A stretch of DNA of 38,585 nucleotides, from the IMG/VR virus record IMGVR_UViG_3300045988_036717; one strand, written 5' to 3'. Below the pieces are notes generated by a model that saw nothing but the letters and a program-made list of their open reading frames with translations, did not search any database and was not told the origin of the DNA. Positions within the stretch are counted from its first letter, which is position 1. Every line of letters begins with the position of its first letter. Source of the stretch: a virus. Below are positions 6,317 through 13,836 of the stretch, piece after piece. Made by a program: the position numbers and the translations under genes.

Positions 6317-6546
6317 CCTTCATTCTCCTTTACAAATTCAATTTGTTCGCTTTCAACGCAAAATCTAGCACCATCGCCAAACTGGACATCATAAAGTATA
6401 GGATTTACATAATGATCTTTGCTTATGACGCACGTATGAATCACTTTGCCAATCTGACCGATATATTCTTTTTTTAACTTTCCTGTACTACTAATCAATT
6501 CTTTTTCATACTTATCAGTTAAATACAGTAATCTAGCTTTACGCAT
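6313..6546 (-). CDS. Hypothetical protein
   Basis: MRKARLLYLTDKYEKE... ATG 6546 overlaps the upstream stop (TAATG). Its N-terminus resembles that of 6546-6776. Confidence 0.6.
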   Translation of the reverse strand: MRKARLLYLTDKYEKELISSTGKLKKEYIGQIGKVIHTCVISKDHYVNPILYDVQFGDGARFCVESEQIEFVKENEG

Positions 6547-6776
6547 TATTTGATTACCTCGCAATTTCTTAAAATCTCATTGATTGACACATTATCCGGA
6601 ACATTTCTAAAAAGTCCATATTTCTTTAGTTCCGATAAAAACACACATCTGTTTATTGGCTTATTTCCAATATTTCCTTCATAATCCAGCAATATACAGT
6701 ATTCATTTTGTCTTAGTCTGTATAAAGGCTCCTTGTATTCTTTTCTAGGAAGCATCAATCGTGCTTGCCGAATCAT
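6546..6776 (-). CDS. Hypothetical protein (shares a C-terminal motif with 6773-7360)
   Basis: The C-terminus ...INEILRNCEVIK resembles ...VHEILDNCEVIQ of the upstream gene. Confidence 0.6.
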   Translation of the reverse strand: MIRQARLMLPRKEYKEPLYRLRQNEYCILLDYEGNIGNKPINRCVFLSELKKYGLFRNVPDNVSINEILRNCEVIK

Positions 6777-7360
6777 TGAATAACCTCACAATTGTCTAAG
6801 ATTTCATGTACCTTGGTGAAAGGATCAATGCTCTTGAAATACCCTTTTTCTCTTAATTTTTTTAAGCATTCAATTTCATTCAACAAGCAACATTCTTTGC
6901 AACGATCAAATGTGTTTAATAAATCAAATTCAAATTGATTCAATTTATATTTTGGCTTTTCGTATGGCTGCTTTAACCATCTAAATTTTCCTTCGATACA
7001 ATCACCATTAAAGTCACATTCACTACAACCTGTTCCCAAGCACTGCGTAACTCTTCCATCAACTAGAGCAAAATCACTCATGTTTAGTTTTGACAAGTAT
7101 TCAAAATAATGTTCCAAATTCGTCTCAGTCTTTTTTTCTTCTTCTAACCAACCTAATTCTTTAGCCTGTTGGATAATTGCCTGTAATAAATCTTTCTCGA
7201 TTACATATTCCATATTAGTATCTATGGCGATTCCTTCTTCTAATAAATAAAATGTGACCCTAAAATATCCTCTCCCTAATCTTAGCAAATAATTTATTTC
7301 CTCATTCTCTTCACTTCTCTTATATCTAAGTTCTTCAAACATTTTTCTTGCTTCCATCAT
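6773..7360 (-). CDS. Paralog-family domain fused to a Cys-rich C-terminal region
   Basis: The N-terminus MMEARKMFEELRYKR...LLQAIIQQAKELGWL is the paralog domain. It is followed by CLGTGCSECDFNGDC and CKECC. The ATG pair lies at 7360/7357, and the track start 7366 is a GTG. Confidence 0.6.
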   Translation of the reverse strand: MMEARKMFEELRYKRSEENEEINYLLRLGRGYFRVTFYLLEEGIAIDTNMEYVIEKDLLQAIIQQAKELGWLEEEKKTETNLEHYFEYLSKLNMSDFALVDGRVTQCLGTGCSECDFNGDCIEGKFRWLKQPYEKPKYKLNQFEFDLLNTFDRCKECCLLNEIECLKKLREKGYFKSIDPFTKVHEILDNCEVIQ

Positions 7361-7584
7361 ATCCACCCCAATTCCTTCATCTGCTGTTGAACCGCTTTTA
7401 ACTCATTTGCAGTTAAAGTTTTTATTGAATTTGCCATTCCACATCCCGTATACGAATAAAAAGTTTTATTTTTTAAATTAAATTGAATTATGTGACGCAT
7501 AATACTTCCTTTTTCATAGAAAATGCAATCGCCAAAAGCACGTTTTTTATATCCTAACGATTCAAACATTTCTTTTGCATTCAT
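7357..7584 (-). CDS. Paralog-family protein (75 aa)
   Basis: MNAKEMFESLGYKKR...IQFNLKNKTFY...ELKAVQQQMKELGWI. Its stop forms an ATGA overlap with the next start. Confidence 0.65.
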   Translation of the reverse strand: MNAKEMFESLGYKKRAFGDCIFYEKGSIMRHIIQFNLKNKTFYSYTGCGMANSIKTLTANELKAVQQQMKELGWI

Positions 7585-7837
7585 AAATAAATTCGTCTCC
7601 TAATTCTTCCATTTGTTTTTGAATAGCTAATATCTCTTTGATACTTAAAATATATGGGCAGCATCCACCTTTTGGGCCAAAGTAGTAAATAGCATCATAT
7701 GTTTTATCCTTTAAATCAAACCGTATACAACAGTAACCGATTCCACTAGGCTTTTTATATAATATAAAGCGATCATTTAGTATTCTTTCTTTGTTATAAC
7801 CTAGCCTTTTAAACATTCCTTTAGCAGTTATTTTCAT
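7562..7837 (-). CDS. Paralog-family protein (91 aa)
   Basis: MKITAKGMFKRLGYNKE...IRFDLKDKTYD...ILAIQKQMEELGDEF. Confidence 0.65.
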   Translation of the reverse strand: MKITAKGMFKRLGYNKERILNDRFILYKKPSGIGYCCIRFDLKDKTYDAIYYFGPKGGCCPYILSIKEILAIQKQMEELGDEFIYECKRNV

Positions 7838-8213
7838 GTTCTAATTTTTCCTTTGCTTCTTTATAGAATTTTGCTTTTTCATACAATTGTTTAGCAAGCC
7901 TGCTTATACGCTCACACGTGTTATCAGTGTTTTTCCAATTGATATAAATAATGTTAATGTGATCAATTAATTCATCTTTGGTCATTCTTTTTAAAGTACT
8001 TTTTGAATAAGGATTAAAATGCAAGAAATTAAATGAATTACCATCTAATGGATGTTCTTCTTCAAAGATGTTTTTATAATCTCTTAACTTTTTATCCATT
8101 GATTTAGCTTTACGCTCAATGTAATCCAAGCAATCTTTGATTTCTTTATTATCACCTACCATTGAATCCAAATATTCAATGCATTCGCAAATTGTCATTT
8201 CATCTTGTTTCAT
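7821..8213 (-). CDS. Hypothetical protein
   Basis: ORF of 130 aa in the tightly packed same-strand array, with an ATG start. Confidence 0.55.
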   Translation of the reverse strand: MKQDEMTICECIEYLDSMVGDNKEIKDCLDYIERKAKSMDKKLRDYKNIFEEEHPLDGNSFNFLHFNPYSKSTLKRMTKDELIDHINIIYINWKNTDNTCERISRLAKQLYEKAKFYKEAKEKLEHENNC

Positions 8214-8466
8214 ATGCCTTTATCTCCCTCTTTAAATCATCAATGGCTTTCTTAACATCCTTTAAATCCATATCAAAGTTACTAACTAAATCTGCCATAC
8301 GATTGTTAGAATAGCTCTGTAAAGCCGATTCTAGCGTTGTATGGTATGAGATAGGCTTTTGTACGTCTATCTCATTTCCTTCTTTATCTTTAACCTTTAC
8401 GAACATCACAAGAGCGAATGAACAACCGCTAGAAGTGATTGCATAATTGTTTTGTAATCTAATCAT
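8200..8466 (-). CDS. Hypothetical protein
   Basis: ORF of 88 aa that overlaps both neighbours. Confidence 0.55.
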   Translation of the reverse strand: MIRLQNNYAITSSGCSFALVMFVKVKDKEGNEIDVQKPISYHTTLESALQSYSNNRMADLVSNFDMDLKDVKKAIDDLKREIKAYETR

Positions 8467-8821
8467 TTTCTGTCTCCTTCGCTAATTCTTCATATTTATC
8501 AGCTATAAATCCATCCATTTCTTGTTTTGTGAACCCTAGATTTAATAATTCATCTTTATAATTCATTCCGTAATTAAATGAATCTATATCCAAATAGTGC
8601 TCTAGTGAATATCTATCAACATCTAACAATCTACAATTGCGTTCTAGAATGTATTGCTTATACTGATCTATTTTTTCGGCTAAATCATTTATTTCTTTTT
8701 TTGCTTGTGCAACATCTTCGCTATGTGATTCTCGTTCCTTTTTTAGTGCTCCTTTTAAATACTCGTTATTACGTTTTAACACATCATATGTTTCTAGTGA
8801 CATTTGAACAAAAGCTTCCAT
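8459..8821 (-). CDS. Hypothetical coiled-coil protein
   Basis: ORF of 120 aa rich in charged heptad-like sequence. Confidence 0.55.
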   Translation of the reverse strand: MEAFVQMSLETYDVLKRNNEYLKGALKKERESHSEDVAQAKKEINDLAEKIDQYKQYILERNCRLLDVDRYSLEHYLDIDSFNYGMNYKDELLNLGFTKQEMDGFIADKYEELAKETEND

Positions 8822-8991
8822 TATAAATCATCCTCCTCATTTGAATTATCATTAATAATTGCATTGTATAAGAATTCAATACGTTCTCTGTATTCCTCTT
8901 TTGTGATTTCTGACAAAGGTTTTTTAAATCCTGTAGGTAGCAATTTGAATCCGAATTCTTTTTCAAATTCTTCTAAATCTTTTTCTGTCAT
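8821..8991 (-). CDS. Small hypothetical protein (56 aa, below ORF-track cutoff)
   Basis: My translation is MTEKDLEEFEKEFGFKLLPTGFKKPLSEITKEEYRERIEFLYNAIINDNSNEEDDL. Its stop forms a TAATG overlap with the next gene. Confidence 0.4.
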   Translation of the reverse strand: MTEKDLEEFEKEFGFKLLPTGFKKPLSEITKEEYRERIEFLYNAIINDNSNEEDDL

Positions 8992-9055
8992 ACTTCCACC
9001 TCATCGTCGGCAGGCATTTGAAACAAAGTATTGCCTGAATACATCAATTCTTTCT

Positions 9056-9196
9056 TCAATCATTTTGGTTCTCCTTTTTACGCAATTTCTCAAATCTTCT
9101 TACTGCTTTACGTCCATAATAATATCCAAGCAATATAAGCGATATACTCACAAAATATAAAACAATAAGTGAAATCAAAAATATTATCTTAATCAT
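9056..9196 (-). CDS. Small membrane protein (46 aa)
   Basis: My translation is MIKIIFLISLIVLYFVSISLILLGYYYGRKAVRRFEKLRKKENQND, giving one TM helix and a basic tail. Confidence 0.35.
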   Translation of the reverse strand: MIKIIFLISLIVLYFVSISLILLGYYYGRKAVRRFEKLRKKENQND

Positions 9197-9211
9197 ATCT
9201 TCCATTAAAAA

Positions 9212-9502
9212 TCATCCTCTATTCTCTCTAAATGTTTCGTATGTATATCCGCCATAATCTTCAATCATATCCATGTACATACTTAAGATGCCTATGTTCA
9301 TAATTGACAATAGAAGTGTGATAACCAACGCAACTAGCAACCATGCTTGGGCTGTTCGCTGCGTGATTTTCTTGTGCTTCTTTGAATGAGAATTAAATTT
9401 ATAGACATTCAATTGATCGTTCGCAATCTTATCAGCCTCTTCAATCTTTTCTTCTAACTCTGCTATGTACTCATCTTTCTGTTTTTGTGTTAATTTAGCC
9501 AT
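9212..9502 (-). CDS. Membrane protein, hypothetical
   Basis: MAKLTQKQKDEY... has a TM segment AWLLVALVITLLLSIMNIGIL. ATG 9502 has a GAGGAG SD. Confidence 0.55.
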   Translation of the reverse strand: MAKLTQKQKDEYIAELEEKIEEADKIANDQLNVYKFNSHSKKHKKITQRTAQAWLLVALVITLLLSIMNIGILSMYMDMIEDYGGYTYETFRENRG

Positions 9503-9707
9503 TTTCTTTCTCCTCAAGCTTCTTTTCTAGTTCATGCTTCTGATATTCAAGCGTTCTGATTCTTCTTCTGTATTCTTTATACTTAAATATACATTTTGTA
9601 GCTTTGTCCTGTTCTTCCTGTACTCTTTTAGCAACTAGAATACTGTATAGAACCAGTGTGATCCCGCCACCTGCAATCATTTCACAAATAAAATATGTGA
9701 ATTCCAT
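9495..9707 (-). CDS. Membrane protein, hypothetical
   Basis: It has an N-terminal TM segment FICEMIAGGGITLVLYSILVA followed by a basic coiled region. The SD is GGAGGA. Confidence 0.55.
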   Translation of the reverse strand: MEFTYFICEMIAGGGITLVLYSILVAKRVQEEQDKATKCIFKYKEYRRRIRTLEYQKHELEKKLEEKENG

Positions 9708-9720
9708 GATGTTTTCCTCC

Positions 9721-9927
9721 TTAATCTAGAAAGCAGAAAGTAAGAGAGCAAGCATGATTGAAAAAATATATACTTCCTACTCTGTAACCATACTTTTCAT
9801 TCGATTCTGTGATCAATACAGTGAAACCCAAATCATCAACATTTGTGATGATTCCTTTTTTCATGTATGTGTCATTTGGAAAAAGTCTGATTCTTCTTCC
9901 TTTGTAATTCTCTTTGTTATATTCCAT
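9721..9927 (-). CDS. Hypothetical protein
   Basis: ORF of 68 aa with an ATG start. Confidence 0.5.
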   Translation of the reverse strand: MEYNKENYKGRRIRLFPNDTYMKKGIITNVDDLGFTVLITESNEKYGYRVGSIYFFNHACSLTFCFLD

Positions 9928-9939
9928 ATTTTTTTCTCC

Positions 9940-10500
9940 TTATCTTAATCCTTTTTCAATATTTTTGAAAATTTGAGCAGTTCCACGAGGTGCTTTATCA
10001 AATTCTTTTACAATGTGAACATATTTTCCACTTAATGATTTCTTTCCGTATTCTGTATGAACCCAATTACCCTTGATGATTCCATAAGCTTCACGATCAA
10101 CTGCTTTGGGATGTTTGCGAGTGCCTTTCCATTCAACATAAGTGATGAAGCATTTTTGAAGTTTTTCTTCTTTTTTTGATTCTTTAGCTTTTTTCGATTC
10201 ACTCATTCTATTGTTTAGTACTTCTACAATTTCTTTTTTCGATAATTCAATAAAATCTTCATCTAAACTATAAAACTCTGTTTCATTGAAATACGTTCCG
10301 GTATGATGCCAGCTTGAATATGCTAGGAAAACTTTTAAAGCATCCTTACTATACTTTTTCAACTCATCGTATTCAAAATCATCCCTATAGTCTAATACTG
10401 TATTAATGATTGCTGTTTTGGTCCATTTTGAAAGTGGCTTCTCACCATTTTCATAAGCAATTACAGCTCTTTCACTCATTCTTTGTCCAACGTATGCCAT
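9940..10500 (-). CDS. Hypothetical protein (186 aa)
   Basis: It is the first gene of a predicted transcription unit with an AAGGAG SD. I recognise no motif. Confidence 0.6.
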   Translation of the reverse strand: MAYVGQRMSERAVIAYENGEKPLSKWTKTAIINTVLDYRDDFEYDELKKYSKDALKVFLAYSSWHHTGTYFNETEFYSLDEDFIELSKKEIVEVLNNRMSESKKAKESKKEEKLQKCFITYVEWKGTRKHPKAVDREAYGIIKGNWVHTEYGKKSLSGKYVHIVKEFDKAPRGTAQIFKNIEKGLR

Positions 10501-10529
10501 GTTTTTTTTCTCCTTTTATTTACACTATA

Positions 10530-10552
10530 ATATTACCATATTATGGTAATAT
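10530..10552. promoter_or_regulatory. 23-bp perfect palindrome ATATTACCATA-T-TATGGTAATAT overlapping a predicted promoter
   Basis: Read directly from the sequence. It lies immediately next to the TTGACA -35 (10557-10552) of the 9940-10500 unit. Confidence 0.55.
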
Positions 10553-10575
10553 GTCAATACTTTTTGTAAGTTTTT

Positions 10576-10590
10576 GTTTCTATTTGAAAC
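10576..10590 (-). promoter_or_regulatory. GTTTC-N5-GAAAC motif copy (perfect arms)
   Basis: The plus strand reads gtttctatttgaaac. It lies 18 nt upstream of the TTGACA -35 on the minus strand. Confidence 0.6.
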
Positions 10591-10599
10591 CTTTAAGCC

Positions 10600-10923
10600 T
10601 TATAATATCGACTGTAATTCTTTCATATACTTTGTGATCAATGCCATGTATGATTCTCTGTCTGGCTTTTCTTCATGTCCATAGTTTACAGTGATTTGCA
10701 TCGCATTCAGCTTTTCCACGATCTTACAAGCCTTGTTGATTTTCTCTGCAAATTTCTTTGCATCTTCGATGTTCTGCGTTCCATAAGCCGACCAGTTCAC
10801 ACCGAATGTTTTTACTTCTGCAAGACAGCTGGAAGTTTCTTCAACAAAAACTGTTCTGCCTTCCATAATTTCATTTACTGCACTCATAAGTGCTGAATAT
10901 TCTCTGTTGTTCATGTTTGTCAT
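10600..10923 (-). CDS. Hypothetical protein (107 aa)
   Basis: ORF with an ATG start. An extended -10 (TGTTATAAT) lies upstream near 10960. Confidence 0.55.
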   Translation of the reverse strand: MTNMNNREYSALMSAVNEIMEGRTVFVEETSSCLAEVKTFGVNWSAYGTQNIEDAKKFAEKINKACKIVEKLNAMQITVNYGHEEKPDRESYMALITKYMKELQSIL

Positions 10924-11018
10924 TTTCTTTTCCTTCTCTTTCTTTTTACATTATTATTATAACACTATAATATAAAAAATAAACCGTTTTCATGACATTT
11001 TTTGTCAATTTTTTCGAT

Positions 11019-11043
11019 AAAAAAAGACTAGGCTTTCCTAGTC
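11019..11043 (-). terminator. Rho-independent terminator
   Basis: The minus strand reads GACTAGG-AAAG-CCTAGTC followed by TTTTTTT. The stem includes the TAG at 11038-11040. Confidence 0.75.
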
Positions 11044-11358
11044 CGTTGTTCTCAAGAAATACTGTAAGTCCTCACCATCGAAATGGTCAAGAACCCACTC
11101 ATCAGCCTTGCGCCAAAGCTCGTCATACGTCTCTGCAAGTCTGTAGTTACTTCTGTAATGCTCGCTGATCTTTCAATTCAGAACCATGACAAGCTCTGTC
11201 ATGTATTCAATGTTGTTCTGCCATGCGTTGAGCGCTCTGCAATATGTGTCTCGAATTGCAGGGCCACCGAAATGGTCTGCAATGCTAAAATCTTCATAAA
11301 ATGTTGTGCGTGGCTTATATCCAGTCAATTCTTCAATGTTCCATGTCTTAATTTTCAT
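11038..11358 (-). pseudogene. Gene interrupted by in-frame TGA (11173-11175); pseudogene or read-through
   Basis: MKIKTWNIEELTGYKPRTTFYEDFSIADHFGGPAIRDTY...ELVMVLN is followed by TGA. The same frame continues KISEHYRSNYRLAETYDELWRKADEWVLDHFDGEDLQYFLRTTD to a TAG that sits inside the terminator stem. Confidence 0.55.
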
Positions 11359-11684
11359 TGCTGTCACCGTCCTCATCGTAGTTGTCAATGATTTCCTGTG
11401 CGCCATCGCTCAAATCAAGATGGCATTCATTGTCGATAATGTCCTGCACATAAGACTCTCTCACCATTTTCCTCGTGCCAGCTATCATCGTCATGCCCGA
11501 AATACGCACGACTCAGAATCTCTGTAGCCTTTTTACCTTGGTAAATCTCATCAAGTTCGTCCATATACATGCAACGTTCGTCTCCGAGGATGCCGTTTCA
11601 ACAGTCCAGCTCTTCGATGTCATGATTGAAGTCGTCCTCGTGTTCCTGATAATAGTTCAATAGTGCTTCTGCTAATGTTTTCAT
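11348..11684 (-). pseudogene. Gene interrupted by in-frame TGA (11598-11600) and an apparent +1 frame change; pseudogene or recoded
   Basis: MKTLAEALLNYYQEHEDDFNHDIEELDC is followed by TGA, then NGILGDERCMYMDELDEIYQGKKATEILSRAYFGHDDDSWHEENGE... in the same frame. The acidic tail ...ESYVQDIIDNECHLDLSDGAQEIIDNYDEDGDSNEN lies in the +1 frame and overlaps the next ATG. Confidence 0.45.
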
Positions 11685-11738
11685 GTTTTTATTTTCCTTT
11701 CTGTGGTGCGGATGCTTTAGGTGATCCGCTAACCGCTC

Positions 11739-11933
11739 TTATTTTCTGAATGTTGGTAATCCAAATGTCATTGCAATAGCTTTTCTAACTGATAAGTCAT
11801 TGCTTAGATAACCGTTATATCTGATTGCTTTTACTTCACCAGTTTCAACATCTTCTGCAATTTCAGCTCTCTCAAAGATGTCTGCCCAATAATTAAATTT
11901 TCTTCCGTTTACTGTTGTTTGTTTTACTGTCAT
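11739..11933 (-). CDS. Hypothetical protein (64 aa)
   Basis: ORF with an ATG start and a GAGAGG SD, downstream of a predicted promoter. Confidence 0.5.
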   Translation of the reverse strand: MTVKQTTVNGRKFNYWADIFERAEIAEDVETGEVKAIRYNGYLSNDLSVRKAIAMTFGLPTFRK

Positions 11934-11961
11934 ATCCTTGTACCTCTCTTATTACAATATT

Positions 11962-11990
11962 ATTATAATATAATATGATAGAAATTGCAC
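11962..11990 (-). promoter_or_regulatory. Predicted promoter
   Basis: The minus strand reads GTGCAA (11990-11985), a 17-nt spacer, then TATAAT (11967-11962). Confidence 0.45.
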
Positions 11991-12008
11991 TACTTTTCCA
12001 CGCATTTT

Positions 12009-12023
12009 GTTTCTTTTTGAAAC
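12009..12023 (-). promoter_or_regulatory. GTTTC-N5-GAAAC motif copy (perfect arms)
   Basis: The plus strand reads gtttctttttgaaac. It lies 18 nt upstream of the -35. Confidence 0.6.
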
Positions 12024-12025
12024 AT

Positions 12026-12871
12026 TTAACCGTTTAATATATCCATAAGCCTTGAATCCTGCGCTTTGTTCTTTCGTCTGTCTTCACCACTTACCAATAC
12101 AGGAAGGCACATTTCAATGATACGGCTGTAGATTCTGGCTTTGCTTGTATCTTCTGTATGGTAAAGGTCTGAATATTTAAGATTCGTTGTAATGATCATT
12201 GGCTTTCCGCTTCTGTATCTCGCATCAATGATGTTATACACAAGTTCGTTAACATATTCAGTGTTTCGTTCAATCCCTAGATCATCAATCACCAGAAGGT
12301 CAAACTCGTTCATGCTGTCCAGATATTTCTGCTTTCCTTCATACATTCCCTGTAATGTATTGATAATCCGCGCAAAATTCGTGACCAGACACGGCACGCC
12401 ATTGTCAATCAATTCATTTGCAATGCATGATGCAAGAAACGTCTTGCCTGTTCCAACTCCACCAAATAAGATAAGTCCTTTTCCTGCTTCCTTGAAGTCA
12501 TCAAACCGTCTGGCATAATTTCTGCACATGTCGCTAGCCTTCTTCGATTTATAATCATCGTGATCAAATCTGCATTTCTGAAGTTCTCTGTCAGGAAAGC
12601 CTGTGTTCCTGTATCCTTCAATTCGTGCCAGTCTGTCCTGTTTCTTTTTCTCTTCTTCCTTCCTGTCATTTTCAGCAATTAAGCATGAACACATTACAGG
12701 AACATATACCCCGACCGCCGACATCCATTTTCTTCGCGGCTCATTGCATTTTCGACAGTAAATCATATTGTCTTTGATGTATTCAGTACTTTCATCGCAA
12801 TGTTCTAGCATCCTTTTGATTGCTTCTTCTGTTGGCTGTTCACTTATAAAGATATCTTGCATGTTTTTCAT
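12026..12871 (-). CDS. DnaC/IstB-like AAA+ helicase loader
   Basis: The Walker A motif is LILFGGVGTGKTFLASCIANEL and the Walker B motif is DLLVIDDLGIERNTEY. An N-terminal Cys cluster (CRKCNE...CSC) is present. Confidence 0.85.
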   Translation of the reverse strand: MKNMQDIFISEQPTEEAIKRMLEHCDESTEYIKDNMIYCRKCNEPRRKWMSAVGVYVPVMCSCLIAENDRKEEEKKKQDRLARIEGYRNTGFPDRELQKCRFDHDDYKSKKASDMCRNYARRFDDFKEAGKGLILFGGVGTGKTFLASCIANELIDNGVPCLVTNFARIINTLQGMYEGKQKYLDSMNEFDLLVIDDLGIERNTEYVNELVYNIIDARYRSGKPMIITTNLKYSDLYHTEDTSKARIYSRIIEMCLPVLVSGEDRRKNKAQDSRLMDILNG

Positions 12872-12890
12872 AGTTGTAGTCCTTTCTTTT

Positions 12891-12905
12891 GCTTCTATTT
12901 GAAAC
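12891..12905 (-). promoter_or_regulatory. GTTTC-N5-GAAAC motif copy (one arm mismatch)
   Basis: The plus strand reads gcttctatttgaaac. It lies in the 33-nt gap between the initiator and loader genes. Confidence 0.45.
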
Positions 12906-13690
12906 TATTTGCCGTAAAACATAGCCATGAGTTCTTCTTCAGACTCATAACCATTCTGGTCGTATTTCTTCTCTGGCTGTTTCTCCTGCTTTGTGTATTC
13001 ATTCTTTAAAGGGAAGATACCTTGCCAGTTATTAGTGATTGACTGATTTAGAATAGCGATCTTTGCATCGTCTGTATTCCCTATTTCATCAAGTTTCTTT
13101 AGCATAAGTTTAAGAGCATACTCTGTCATAGGCTTCTTGATGAATGATCTCATCTGTAAGAATGCTTTCAACGCATTCTGTAAATCTTCATTTTGTGTAT
13201 ACTCCGCAATCTGTTCATCATACGATTTCGACTTGTTCTTTCTTTCTTTCTTAATTTCTATATTATTACTTAGAGTATTATTATCTAGAGTATTATGTAA
13301 ACTTTGTTTACTACCCCCCATTAAACTTTGTTTACTACCATGTTCAACTTTGTTTACTACCATAGACTTAGGTTTAACTGCTTGATACTCGCAAAACTTT
13401 ACACCGTTCACGATATTTTCATGCTTTGTGATATATCCTTTTTCAATCAATGACTTTAGGCATTTTATACAGCTTTGCTTTGTTGAATTTGTCCAATCCG
13501 CAAGATACTGTAGGCTGCCTGTGAACCTTGTCTCATAATCCTGTGAGAATCCATATATGATTGCATACACAAGAAGCTCGTTCCCTTTCAGTCCTAGACT
13601 TGTAACCATCCAACCAGATATGCTGATATAGTTTTCTTCTTTTACTTTGCTCATGTTTTTATTTCCTTTCTTTTCTGTATCTTCAATCAT
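12905..13690 (-). CDS. Replication initiator / replisome organiser (N-terminal wHTH, C-terminal DnaD-like domain)
   Basis: The N-terminus is YISISGWMVTSLGLKGNELLVYAIIYGFSQD...LQYLADWTNSTKQSCIKCLKSLIEKGYI. The C-terminus is LKAFLQMRSFIKKPMTEYALKLMLKKLDEI...ILNQSITNNWQGIF. Confidence 0.75.
   Translation of the reverse strand: MIEDTEKKGNKNMSKVKEENYISISGWMVTSLGLKGNELLVYAIIYGFSQDYETRFTGSLQYLADWTNSTKQSCIKCLKSLIEKGYITKHENIVNGVKFCEYQAVKPKSMVVNKVEHGSKQSLMGGSKQSLHNTLDNNTLSNNIEIKKERKNKSKSYDEQIAEYTQNEDLQNALKAFLQMRSFIKKPMTEYALKLMLKKLDEIGNTDDAKIAILNQSITNNWQGIFPLKNEYTKQEKQPEKKYDQNGYESEEELMAMFYGK
13298..13362. repeat. Three direct 16-18-bp iteron-like repeats inside the initiator gene (candidate ori)
   Basis: The unit aactttgtttactacc starts at 13300, 13324 and 13346. 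These are flanked by two copies of tagagtattat at 13271 and 13286. Confidence 0.6.
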
Positions 13691-13836
13691 GTTAGCGCCT
13701 TTCTAACGAAAAAACTGCACAGCTTTAATAGTTTCGCACTCTATCAAGCCATACAGTTATCGTATCTATTCAGTTGTTTACCCACTCAGCAGGTGCGAAC
13801 TACTGAACAGACATTATAGTTTATCACTACTCTTTA

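Noticed and set aside
12409-12678. Same-strand alternative-frame ORFs nested in larger genes: 12409-12678, 3974-4351, 14315-14545, 15674-15859, 26535-26741, 29936-30154, 31294-31548 and 35900-36100.
   Set aside because: They lie fully inside genes with strong motif support. They lack SDs and have biased compositions consistent with off-frame translation.
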